Source: an uncultured Dehalococcoidia bacterium
GTDB taxonomy: Bacteria; Chloroflexota; Dehalococcoidia; Lucifugimonadales; UBA2985
Assembly: GCA_964573055.1 (NCBI GenBank)
Contig: CAZNIG010000007.1
Span: 11,545-75,544 of the forward strand
Direction of reading: 5' to 3'
DNA: 64,000 nt
Below, in pieces: positions 18,470 to 28,743 of the stretch (the stretch's first letter is position 1; each line of letters begins with the position of its first letter). Position numbers and translations under genes: made by a program. The notes below the pieces were generated by a model that saw only the letters and a list, made by a program, of their open reading frames with translations, did no database searches and was not told the DNA's origin.

Positions 18470-18548
18470 ATTCATGCGCTATCTAAGGATAAAATATTAG
18501 CTAGTTTCCATGTTAACAAACAAAATCTTATAACATTTGGAAGCGAAA

Positions 18549-19622
18549 ATGGAAAGTAACATTCGTCGAAGAATTGAAAAAAATGAACACAACCTGTCTC
18601 ACCTAGCATCCAAATCGGATCAGTCCAAGGGCAGAGATGTCCCTGATGAACCACATCCATTTAGAACTGAATACCAAAGAGACAGAGACAGAATCATCCA
18701 TAGCAACGCTTTCCGCAGAATGAAACACAAGACCCAGGTTTTTATTGCTCCAACTGGAGATCATTACGTAACCCGACTCACCCATACTCTTGAGGTTACA
18801 CAGATAAGTCGGACAATAGCTAGAGCGTTAAACCTTAACGAAGACTTGGTTGAAGCCATTGGACTCGGACATGACATAGGTCACACGCCATTCGGACATC
18901 TAGGCGAAGAAGAATTAGCTAAACTTAGCCCTAGGGGATTTGAACACGCAAGACAGAGCGTTCGCATCGTTGAGCACTTAGAAAAAAACGGCAAAGGTCT
19001 CAACCTAACTCGAGAGGTAAGGGACGGCATGGCCTCCCATTCCAAGCCTCGTGGGGACATTGCCGGAGGACTTCACACCTCCGATCTGACTCTTGAAGCC
19101 CAGATATGCCGAATATCTGATGCTGTAGCCTACTTGAATCACGATATAGGAGATGCCGTAAGGGCTGGCATAATTTCTGAAGACCAGCTACCCAAAGAAT
19201 GTAAACAAATTCTAGGGGAGCGCCACTCAGAACGTATAGACACTATGGTAAGGGATATTGTTGATACTTCGTGGCAAGTAACCACAGCTACTCCAGCCGA
19301 AATATCTAAAAACACTGGTATCTCAATGAGTCAACCGGTACGTGATTCTGCTAACGCTCTTAGGGAATTCATGTTCCAAAACGTCTATCTACCGGCAGGT
19401 GGAGGAGAAATTGGCAACATAGCAAGATCGGCTGTTAATCTGCTTTTTAACCATTTTTCAGCCCACCCAAACGAGATTCCAGATGAATACCATATAAGAA
19501 GAGAATCCCCATCTCAGATGGCAGTGGATTTTGTATCTGGTATGACCGATTATTACGCTCTCAGTACTGCCGAGAGATTAGACCCTAAAAATAATTACAA
19601 ACTTTTGTTCTGGCCTGATTAA
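18549..19622 (+). CDS. dgt: dGTPase-like HD-domain triphosphohydrolase
   Basis: RTEYQRDRDRIIHSNAFRRMKHKTQVF...RLTHTLEVTQISR...GHDIGHTPFGH. ATG 18549 is preceded by GGAAG. The ORF is open from TTG 18537. Confidence 0.85.
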   Translation: MESNIRRRIEKNEHNLSHLASKSDQSKGRDVPDEPHPFRTEYQRDRDRIIHSNAFRRMKHKTQVFIAPTGDHYVTRLTHTLEVTQISRTIARALNLNEDLVEAIGLGHDIGHTPFGHLGEEELAKLSPRGFEHARQSVRIVEHLEKNGKGLNLTREVRDGMASHSKPRGDIAGGLHTSDLTLEAQICRISDAVAYLNHDIGDAVRAGIISEDQLPKECKQILGERHSERIDTMVRDIVDTSWQVTTATPAEISKNTGISMSQPVRDSANALREFMFQNVYLPAGGGEIGNIARSAVNLLFNHFSAHPNEIPDEYHIRRESPSQMAVDFVSGMTDYYALSTAERLDPKNNYKLLFWPD

Positions 19623-19741
19623 CAACACTTCCAAATCTCTTGTAAAACAAAGAGCTAAAGCCCTGTCTTCTAGTATTAGTACTCTGCTACAATCATCTTT
19701 GGAACCATGGACAAATAATCGTAACAGGTGAAACTCACTTC

Positions 19742-21565
19742 ATGAGCTTGGTTCAGGATGTAAAGACTCGTATAGATATAGTTGATCTTATATCAGACTA
19801 CGTCCCGCTACAAAAATCAGGTCGCAATCTGAAGGCCAATTGCCCATTCCATGGTGAACGCACCCCTTCTTTCATAGTTTTCCCAGACAGACAAACCTGG
19901 CGTTGCTTTGGAGCTTGCGCTACAGGTGGAGATGTTATCGCTTTTCTAATGCGAGTAGAGAATCAAGATTTCGTTGAGGCCTTGAACACACTGGCACAGC
20001 GTGTCGGTGTAGAGATTCCAAGCAGACAGCCTATCGATCAGGAAAACACCATCCATCGCGTCAACAATGACGCAAGAGCATTTTTCGTTGCACAGATGAA
20101 TTCCGGAATTGGAGACGAGGCCTTAAATTATACAAGCGGCCGCGGTATAGACAAAAGCACTCGCGAACAATTCCATCTCGGCTTCAGTCCAAATAGACAA
20201 GACGCGCTTATAAGACACCTTACTCAGATTGGATATAGCGAAGATCAGATGCTGGAATCCGGCCTAGCAATCAGGAGCGGTTCTGGTAAGATGAGAGATC
20301 TATTCCGTAATCGTCTTATGTTCCCAATAATGGATACGTCCTCACAATGCGTCGGATTCGGTGCACGATCATTGGATGACTCCACGCCCAAATATATAAA
20401 CACTCCAAGGACGCCTGTATTCGACAAAAGCAGATTGTTATATGGGCTATCACTTTCACGAGAATCTATCAAAACCACCAGCACAGTAATAGTAGTCGAA
20501 GGATATATGGATGTCATCGCGGCACATCAGCACGGATTTCAGAATGTCGTTGCTTCAATGGGGACCGCTCTTACTGAACAACAAGTCGCCTCCATGAAAT
20601 CCGTAGCCTCCAATTTCATCTTGGCGCTCGACCCAGATAACGCAGGACGTGAGGCCACCATCAGAAGCCTAGAATCATCATGGAAAGTTTTCGAGCGCCG
20701 TGCCATAAGATCTGGAGGAAGAAACAGTGTACTTTTCTACGAGCGTCAGCCTCATAACTCTCTCATGGTTGCAACTTTACCCCAAGGTAAAGATCCTGAT
20801 TCCTTAATCCGACACGACTTAAAAGCTTGGCAGGACATAATTTCTGAAGCGCGTCCGCTTATGGATTATCTCCTGGAAATTGTTTCATCACGCTTCAACC
20901 TGTCTAGCCCACAAGGAAAGCTAGAAGCTACAGAGGCTCTGGCTCCATTTGTTACTGCCATGGAAAACCCATATGACAGAGAACACTATTTTCACCTATT
21001 AGCCAAAGTACTCGGAGTTAGCCAATCGGCACTAGAAGCAACCATCGGAAGGCCACAGGCAAGACGACCACAAAATAGAATCAGAAATCAACCGAAGCAA
21101 CAGATTTATCAGGCCGCCATAGATGTTAATCACCGAGATTTGCTCGAGGAATATTGCATATCATTACTGTTAGAATACCCCGACCTAGTGGACCATGGAC
21201 GCCAGATCCCATCAACTTATTTCGGGCTATCCGAAAACAGGGATATATTTACAAAATGGTCCAGCTGTGATACAATAGACGCCCTCGTGGAGGCGCTGCC
21301 TCCAGCCCTTAAAGAGCACGTGAGTCTGATTACATCAATGGAACAGCCGCCACTTGACAAAAAAGAGCGGCAAAATGCCCTTAGTGGAGTCGTAGGGCGA
21401 CTTAAGGAAAGACTCTTCAAAGAGCAAAATGAAGCCGCTATGGAGAAACTTCAAGAAGCTGACTGGACCGACATGAATAGCCTAGCTTCCTCGCTAGAAG
21501 AAGTACAAGAAATAGGAAGTAGCCTGAGGAAACTGTTCTCTGACTCAGAAGTTAACAGCCAATGA
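19742..21565 (+). CDS. dnaG: DNA primase
   Basis: Zinc-ribbon [25 protein letters not shown], TOPRIM region VVEGYMDVI...[11 protein letters not shown]. Confidence 0.95.
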   Translation: [607 protein letters not shown]

Positions 21566-21661
21566 ACTGCCAGGAAATTCTTACAATAGAAACCCAACCA
21601 CACCACAAAGCTAAACGCCTCCACCGACCATAAACCATGACACTCTGCCAAGGATGTTGAG

Positions 21662-23383
21662 ATGACACTAGAAGATACCAATGGACAAGTAGATTCGATC
21701 GAAGTAGTCCCAGGGGCAGAAATTGACACCCCTAAAAGGCCTTCCACAAGAAAGCGACACCCTAAAACAGCCGAAATACCTACCCCAGCAGAAACAGCCC
21801 CACCTAAACGGCCTTCCAACAGGAAGCGAAACGCCGAGATAGACGAAATAATTGCCACTGCATCTGAAACAGTTGGTTCGGATACCATATCACTACCAGC
21901 AGATGAACTCACAATGGTGGCAGCTGAAGCTGGAGAAGAAGCAAAACGGATGGTCACAGCCATGTCCGGGCTACAATCTGGAGAAATTGAGGAAAACGGT
22001 TCTCAAGCCGTAGTAGACATGAGCTCGAGCAATAGCCTTGATGATTCCGCCTCCGAGGCAGATCCCGAGCCCGAGCCAGAAGCAGAACTGGATATACCGG
22101 ACATGATAGATGATCCAGTTAGAATGTACCTCCGAGAAATAGGTAGAGTTCACCTTCTAACCGCCAAGGATGAAAGGCGATTGGCTAGAAACATGGAAGT
22201 CGGAATACACATTAAGAAGATCCAAGCCGAAATATCAGGCCCTGACGATAGAGGGAGGCCGGGATCCCAATCTGTATTGATACAGATTTTGAGACACATC
22301 TGGGAAGCTAACTCACTTGTTGAGGCCATAGGAATATACCTAGAACTAGGCAGCCAACTTACCCTCTCTCAAATCAGATCTCACCCCGATGTTCTGGCTG
22401 CAATAGATTTAGGACTTAAACCAGAAATGCTGGAAGAATTAGCAATCAAGCTAGATACAACACCAGAGGACATAGCAAAGCAGATTCAATATCTATCTGC
22501 CTACACACGACTCATCCCTCCACAAATCTCGGAAATATTGGATGAAGATACTCCGGTACTCAGACTGACAGACAATATTGGGGACCCGACATTTGCCTTG
22601 CTGGCTGAGGCAAACGAAGTGGAAATGCAGGAACATTTCGACGACCTTCTGGGCGAGGGTTCAAGAGCTCAACGCCATTTGGCAGAAGCGAACCTAAGAT
22701 TAGTAGTTTCGGTATCAAAGAAATACATAGGTCGGGGTATGTCACTTCTAGACCTAGTCCAAGAAGGAAACATAGGGCTCATAAGAGCAGTTGAAAAATT
22801 TGACTACCGAAAAGGATACAAATTTAGCACTTACGCCACCTGGTGGATAAGACAAGCAATAACACGCGCTATTGCTGATCAAGCACGAACCATACGCATA
22901 CCGGTTCATATGGTTGAAACTATAAACAAGCTTATGAGAACAAGCCGAAGGCTAGTACAAGAATTTGGACGCGAACCGACAAGTGAAGAAATTGGCCAAG
23001 ATATGGAAGTCGCTCCCGAGAAAGTTCGCGAAATACTTAAAATCTCTCAGGAGCCAGTCTCACTGGAAACGCCTATAGGTGAAGAGGACGACAACCACCT
23101 AGGAGACTTTATCGAGGATAGAAGCGCTCTTGCACCCGCAGACGCAGCATCATATCAACTGCTAAAGGAACAAGTAGAGGACGTTCTTGAAACCCTTAAT
23201 CACAGAGAAAGACGCGTACTACAGCTTCGCTTCGGCCTAGACGATGGACGCAGTAGGACACTCGAGGAAGTCGGCAGGGAATTCGGAGTTACTCGGGAGC
23301 GCATAAGACAGATTGAAGCTAAGGCCTTAAGAAAGCTGCGACACCCGTCAAGGTCCAGAAAATTAAGAGATTTTCTAGAGTAG
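21662..23383 (+). CDS. rpoD: Primary RNA polymerase sigma factor (sigma-70 family) with a long N-terminal extension
   Basis: Regions 1.2-4.2 are present: [100 protein letters not shown]. Confidence 0.95.
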   Translation: MTLEDTNGQVDSIEVVPGAEIDTPKRPSTRKRHPKTAEIPTPAETAPPKRPSNRKRNAEIDEIIATASETVGSDTISLPADELTMVAAEAGEEAKRMVTAMSGLQSGEIEENGSQAVVDMSSSNSLDDSASEADPEPEPEAELDIPDMIDDPVRMYLREIGRVHLLTAKDERRLARNMEVGIHIKKIQAEISGPDDRGRPGSQSVLIQILRHIWEANSLVEAIGIYLELGSQLTLSQIRSHPDVLAAIDLGLKPEMLEELAIKLDTTPEDIAKQIQYLSAYTRLIPPQISEILDEDTPVLRLTDNIGDPTFALLAEANEVEMQEHFDDLLGEGSRAQRHLAEANLRLVVSVSKKYIGRGMSLLDLVQEGNIGLIRAVEKFDYRKGYKFSTYATWWIRQAITRAIADQARTIRIPVHMVETINKLMRTSRRLVQEFGREPTSEEIGQDMEVAPEKVREILKISQEPVSLETPIGEEDDNHLGDFIEDRSALAPADAASYQLLKEQVEDVLETLNHRERRVLQLRFGLDDGRSRTLEEVGREFGVTRERIRQIEAKALRKLRHPSRSRKLRDFLE

Positions 23384-23415
23384 GCACCGTCCTATTGATA
23401 CTATAATCTCCGACC

Positions 23416-23820
23416 CTACTCCAACGCCGTAGCCAGTCTTGAACTGTAATTTGACTTTGTGTTGATCACATGCTCAAGGACCTGACGGATTGACCATTCT
23501 CCATCTACAGACCTATCGATATCCTCATCAGACAGCCCAACTAATAAGGCCTCTAGACGGCCCTCTGCCTCTTGCAGTAACCCAAGGATCAACCTGGCTT
23601 CAGTGGACGATTTTCCGATATCCCTAAGTGTTTTTGCCGCATGAACAGTATGCTCAACGTCATGGGCCACTAGCTGATAGAACATTGCCCTTATAGGCAT
23701 CTCCCGCTGTCCAAAAAGAGCCGTTTCTCCCATACGACTCTCTGGAACTGCATTCACCTGCTGTATCAAGGCATCTTGTTTCTCACGGAGTTCTTTAATT
23801 ATATTCTGTAAGTCCGACAT
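23416..23820 (-). CDS. DinB-superfamily protein
   Basis: Predicted four-helix protein with spaced His residues (LVAHDVEHTVH ... VLEHVI) as in DinB/DinB_2. GAGGTGG precedes the ATG. Confidence 0.55.
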   Translation of the reverse strand: MSDLQNIIKELREKQDALIQQVNAVPESRMGETALFGQREMPIRAMFYQLVAHDVEHTVHAAKTLRDIGKSSTEARLILGLLQEAEGRLEALLVGLSDEDIDRSVDGEWSIRQVLEHVINTKSNYSSRLATALE

Positions 23821-23973
23821 ATAGCCACCTCACCAAAAACTTGTAATTCAACTAACTAACTTATAACTATTTCACGCTCATTCTAGATCAGTTGTTTTGA
23901 TACTGCAATAAACAGTACATAGCCGACTTTAAACACCTCATTTTCTAACCAATATGCTCCTAATCAGGGCTCA

Positions 23974-24363
23974 TCATAGGCGCTCAAGCAAATCTGCCAC
24001 TTTGGAACTAATCTCATCTCTTATCCGCCTAACTTCTCCAATGTGCTGACCTTTTGGATCAGCGAGGCCCCAATCTTCCGAGACTATGAACTTAGCCGGG
24101 CAAGCTTCATCAATTGAACAACCCATGGTAATGACTTTGTCGCATTCATCTACGATATCTTGAGAAATTAATCTTGGTCGATTTTCCGAAATATCGATAC
24201 CCACTTCTTTCATGACTTCTACCACAACGGGGTCTATCTCGCTCCCTGGCATGGTCCCCGCAGAATCAGCTTCAATTAGCCGGTTTCCTGAGTGTTCAAG
24301 GAACGCCTTAGCCATTTGACTCCGCCCGGAATTATGCACACATACAAATAGTACTTTCTTCAT
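23974..24363 (-). CDS. arsC: Arsenate reductase, LMW-PTP/thioredoxin-coupled type
   Basis: KKVLFVCVHNSGRSQMA P-loop (CX5R) plus downstream Cys (TMGCSIDEACP). ATG 24363 has GAGGTGG 7 nt upstream. The ORF is open from GTG 24372. Confidence 0.85.
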   Translation of the reverse strand: MKKVLFVCVHNSGRSQMAKAFLEHSGNRLIEADSAGTMPGSEIDPVVVEVMKEVGIDISENRPRLISQDIVDECDKVITMGCSIDEACPAKFIVSEDWGLADPKGQHIGEVRRIRDEISSKVADLLERL

Positions 24364-24702
24364 CAGTTCCACCTCTTAACCAAGGATGAGAATTTCAGCC
24401 TGCCAAAGCATAGCCGTATGACATTATTACGGAAACTGACTTTTGTGACAAGTTATCTACGAGACGGGGTTTTTACCAACTTGAGATATATTAAAAGTTC
24501 CTGCCCGTCCATTAGTAATATTAGTAATGTGCCATTAGTTTTATGTAATCTTTTCTCAACATTATTGATGACGCATATCACACAACTGACATTCAGAACG
24601 AATATATGATATAGTTATAGGGCGGAGGCAGGGAATCAGCCCAAAAGGCGTAGCTAAACAACTCACTCATCCATCGCCCCGCACAGGAGAGAACTAAACC
24701 AA

Positions 24703-26058
24703 GTGGACCCAGACCCTCCTAGCGAACAAAGGGGATCTAAACCGAACGCTGGCCCTGGCCCCGAGACAACTGAACAAGGGCAGCGAATATTCTACGGCTG
24801 GTGGGTGCTCGCCGCTGCCACACTAGCTAGTACGATTCAGTCGGCTTTGTTCAACGTGGGCGCTCAAGCCCTAGTGCTTCCTCTCATCAGAGAATTCGAC
24901 TCCACTCGCACTGCAGTTTCAGTCGCGTTCTCTCTCAGGCGCCTAGAAGGCGGCCTTACTGGTCCAATTGAAGGCTACTTGATACACTGGATCGGACCCA
25001 GACCATACATGATAGCCGGATGGGTCATATTTGGGTTAGGCCTAGTGGCCATAGGGTTATGCCAAAACATATATCAATTTTACGCTGCATTTCTGCTGGT
25101 TACACTTGGCCAAAGCGTAGCCGGTTTCCTACCAATAGTGACAGTCCTCATAAATTGGTTCGATAAATGGCGTGGAAGGGCCATCGCTATCTACCAACTG
25201 GGTGGAAGTATTGGAGCCTTGCTGGTTCCAGTCCTATCCTGGTTCATACTCAACGTCGGATGGCGCCAGACAATGATTGTTGTCGGATGCGCCGTTATAG
25301 TAATGGGCGTCCCGTTAGCCGCAGCTATGAGGCCGCGACCTGAAGATTACGGGTATCTGCCGGATGGCGCATTACCAAGTCGTCCAATAACCGACGACAC
25401 CTTAGACAATCCGAACAGTGAAAACAAACCTCAAGACGGAACCCACGCGACCCTAGGTGAAGCACTTAGGAGCAGAAGCTTTTGGTTTCTTGGACTATCT
25501 CACTCAGCCGGTATAACCGCTTGGGGCGCACTACAAGTACACCAGATTCCGGCGATGGTAGATATCGGAATAGAGGAGCTTGCGGCAGCTGGCATTCTGT
25601 CTTACACACTAGTTATTTCGGCGCTTGGAAGACTAATTGGTGGCTTTCTTGGAGATATTGCAGGCCCCAAAAAGATCACTGCCTTGGCATTCATATGCCA
25701 AGGGTTCTCGGTCGTGATACTTGCCTTCGCAACTTCGCTCACACATGTGCTGATTTTCGCCACAATCTTCGGTATAGCGTTCGGCACACGCGGCACACTT
25801 ATGACAGTGCTCCGCGCCGAAGTTTTTGGAAGAGAGAATTTCTCAAGACTTGCAGGGCTCATGGACCCTCTCAGCAGTGTAACTGTACTTATAAGTCCGA
25901 TTTTCGCGGGGTTCGTGTTTGATACGGCTGGTTCCTATCAAACAGCCTTCATAGTTTTGGCAGTGGTAAACGCATCCGGAGCTATGTTACTGGCCGGGGT
26001 TAAGCTCCCGAATCGCGCAAGTAGCACAGCTGCTTTACCTGATAACTCTAATCAATAG
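24703..26058 (+). CDS. MFS transporter (oxalate/formate-antiporter-like)
   Basis: 12 predicted TM helices, FYGWWVLAAA start typical of the OFA-like subfamily. GTG start with AGGAGAG upstream. Confidence 0.8.
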   Translation: MDPDPPSEQRGSKPNAGPGPETTEQGQRIFYGWWVLAAATLASTIQSALFNVGAQALVLPLIREFDSTRTAVSVAFSLRRLEGGLTGPIEGYLIHWIGPRPYMIAGWVIFGLGLVAIGLCQNIYQFYAAFLLVTLGQSVAGFLPIVTVLINWFDKWRGRAIAIYQLGGSIGALLVPVLSWFILNVGWRQTMIVVGCAVIVMGVPLAAAMRPRPEDYGYLPDGALPSRPITDDTLDNPNSENKPQDGTHATLGEALRSRSFWFLGLSHSAGITAWGALQVHQIPAMVDIGIEELAAAGILSYTLVISALGRLIGGFLGDIAGPKKITALAFICQGFSVVILAFATSLTHVLIFATIFGIAFGTRGTLMTVLRAEVFGRENFSRLAGLMDPLSSVTVLISPIFAGFVFDTAGSYQTAFIVLAVVNASGAMLLAGVKLPNRASSTAALPDNSNQ

Positions 26059-26236
26059 CATGCTTAGCAGGCCCACTCCATTTATGTTTACCGGACATAC
26101 AGCAAACAGAATTACGGCCTGATATTGTTTAACAGGTCATAAAAATTACCATGCAATGCCTAGATTTATATATGTTGTACCGTGGTAAAACAAAATCTAC
26201 AAAGCCTAGTTACAAACCAACCAGCAGGTAGAGTAA

Positions 26237-27028
26237 ATGAACGAAAATAACTTTGTGGAACTCAATGGGATACGTATGCACTACAGAGAATGGGGAAACA
26301 GTAGTGATCCAGATGTATTACTGATACACGGCTGGACCAGCAACTCGGAGAGTTGGAGTTACATCGCGGAACAAATTCAAGATAAATATCACGTGGTCGC
26401 CCCAGATCATCGCGGTCACGGAGCATCCGACAAACCAGTCACCGGGTATAGGTTGAGAGATTTCGTATCAGATATGTGTCAACTCATAGACATACTAGGC
26501 CTTAGTAGACCACTAATAGCCGGTAACTCATGGGGTGGATGCATCGGAACCATAATGGCTTCGGATTACCCAAATTCAATATCGAAAGCTGTCCTTGGAG
26601 ACCCAGTATATTGGAAAATGCTCAACGCATTTGTAACAAGGCTCCCTGGCATATTAGAGAGGCGGCAATCCGCCGATGAGCAATTAGCCCAGGATTTGAA
26701 CCAGCAGGGAATGCCCAAAGAACAAATTCTAGCTAAAATATCTGGCAGTAACAATTTCTCTCTGGACGCAATAACTCGGCTCCTTTCTGACAACAGAGAT
26801 TTTGCTTTTACATGCGAGGACTACCTGAAACGAATCCGCATACCAACCCTTATAATAGCAGGAGATGCCGAAGCTGGTGGATATATTCTGCCTGAAGAAT
26901 TAGACCACTACAGGCGTATAGTTCCTGAGATGGTTAGAATCACTCAATGGCCTGGAATAGGTCATGGAGTGGCATCACAAGAACCGGACAAATACGTCAA
27001 AGAGATGCTAAGCTTCTTCCAAGAATGA
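26237..27028 (+). CDS. Alpha/beta hydrolase
   Basis: HG oxyanion motif LLIHGW, nucleophile elbow GNSWGG, C-terminal GHGV. Confidence 0.8.
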   Translation: MNENNFVELNGIRMHYREWGNSSDPDVLLIHGWTSNSESWSYIAEQIQDKYHVVAPDHRGHGASDKPVTGYRLRDFVSDMCQLIDILGLSRPLIAGNSWGGCIGTIMASDYPNSISKAVLGDPVYWKMLNAFVTRLPGILERRQSADEQLAQDLNQQGMPKEQILAKISGSNNFSLDAITRLLSDNRDFAFTCEDYLKRIRIPTLIIAGDAEAGGYILPEELDHYRRIVPEMVRITQWPGIGHGVASQEPDKYVKEMLSFFQE

Positions 27029-27110
27029 ATTTGTTAGATGGCTTATATTCACTGTAAATTTGAATTATGAAATACGAAATCATATTAAGTATCCACACTA
27101 GGGGGTTGAG

Positions 27111-28379
27111 ATGTCAGGACCATTAAGCGGTGTCAAAATCCTGGAATTTAGCCAGATTATCGCGGCTCCATTTTCTGGCATGCTTCTAGCAGATATGGGA
27201 GCTGACGTAATTAAGGTAGAACATCCTGATGGTGAACCATGGAGACTTAATCAACAGATAGTGCCTAAAGAAAGCAAATCTTTTATCTCTTTGAATCGTG
27301 GGAAAAGAAGCCTTCCATTGGATATGACCCAACCACAAGCCTTGGAGATAGTTCATAAATTACTCCCTGAAATAGACGTTGTCCTAATCAATTACAGGCC
27401 TGACGTACCAGAAAAGTTGGGTATAGATTACGAATCCTTAGCTAGTATAAATCCCAAGATAATCTACTGTGAAAACACAGCATATGGCAGACGAGGACCA
27501 GAAAGCTTACGCCCTGGATATGACATTATTATCCAAGCTATGAGCGGGCTTATGGCAGCGGACGGCAAGATACAAGACGGCGTACCTCAACAAGTAACAG
27601 CAACCGCAGTCGCCGATTTCTCTGCTGGTATGTCAATGGTTTGGGCTATATGCGCAGCACTTTATCACCGCGAGAGGGAAGGTGTAGGCCAAAAGATTGA
27701 GGCATCTTTACTCGCCAGTGCGCTAGCAATACAAACAGGTAGGTTCACGGTAGTAGATATGACTGAAGGTGAAACCAGGCAGGAGTTCATAGAAAACATT
27801 GGTCATCTCAGGAACGCCGGAGCACCATATGAAGAAACTCATGGACTCCTTGAAGGAATCCGAGCCAGGCCACCTGGAAATATATACTACAACACGTTCC
27901 AAACAGCCGATAGTGTGATAGCTGTGGCTTGCTTAAGCAATACACTTAGAAAAAAGATGGCAGATGCACTTGATCTTTACGATATAAGATTCGAGCCAGA
28001 TTACGACCCACAAAGTGATAAAGCTAAAGAATTCGGTGAAGCGCTGTCTAACAAAGCTAAAGAACTATTCACCTCAAAGACCACCGACGAATGGATTCAA
28101 ATACTTGATCGCGCCGGAGTGCCATGCGGCCCCGTTAAATTCACAGAAGAGTTGATTCGAGACGAGCAGGTTAAAGCAAATGACCTCGTCGTAGATTTAG
28201 ACCATCCTAAAGTAGGAAAGATAACAATGGTTGGACCGGCTGTTAGGATGAGCGAAACTCCGCTAGAGGCCAAAAACGCGTCTCCCACCCTTGGCCAGCA
28301 CACCTCTGAAATTCTTTGCAGCCTAGGTTACGACAATGAGGCCATAAAGCAACTTATCGAAAATGGAATAACGGCATAG
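27111..28379 (+). CDS. Family III CoA-transferase (CaiB/BaiF family)
   Basis: PLSGVKILEFSQIIAAPFSGMLLADMGADVIKVEHP is the hallmark N-terminus. Length is about 420 aa. Confidence 0.85.
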   Translation: MSGPLSGVKILEFSQIIAAPFSGMLLADMGADVIKVEHPDGEPWRLNQQIVPKESKSFISLNRGKRSLPLDMTQPQALEIVHKLLPEIDVVLINYRPDVPEKLGIDYESLASINPKIIYCENTAYGRRGPESLRPGYDIIIQAMSGLMAADGKIQDGVPQQVTATAVADFSAGMSMVWAICAALYHREREGVGQKIEASLLASALAIQTGRFTVVDMTEGETRQEFIENIGHLRNAGAPYEETHGLLEGIRARPPGNIYYNTFQTADSVIAVACLSNTLRKKMADALDLYDIRFEPDYDPQSDKAKEFGEALSNKAKELFTSKTTDEWIQILDRAGVPCGPVKFTEELIRDEQVKANDLVVDLDHPKVGKITMVGPAVRMSETPLEAKNASPTLGQHTSEILCSLGYDNEAIKQLIENGITA

Positions 28380-28743
28380 CAGTAACCAAACTACAGTCGT
28401 TTGACAATCAAGAGTTAAATATATTAACGTGTTCACGATTCAAGCCAACGTAAGCTGGGTTTACTACCAAGACTTACTAAAGGTAACCAAATGAAACATA
28501 AGATGATAAGATTCGACTGCCTAAGGTCAGCTTGCGAGCCCTAGCATAACACTACAAACTAAACACCCCACATTTCATTTCCCAGCCCACGGCTGTTAAG
28601 CAAGAACTACGAAACCCGTCATCCATTAGAAGCAGCCCCCTAGTACAGTTACACCGACATCTCCCCCGAGATCTCAATCCCGGTTTCATTGATCTAGCAC
28701 CGTTAAGGTACTCCAATTTCCTATCAGCCATCAGCAAACTGTT

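Noticed and set aside
28380-28743. Riboswitch or the 89-aa antisense ORF (28552..28821) in the 364-nt region upstream of proV
   Set aside because: Only short 5-bp hairpins are present (for example CAGCC-cac-GGCTG) and no known riboswitch core. The ORF overlaps the proV start in antisense and its translation is not protein-like. It is probably just a long leader or promoter region.
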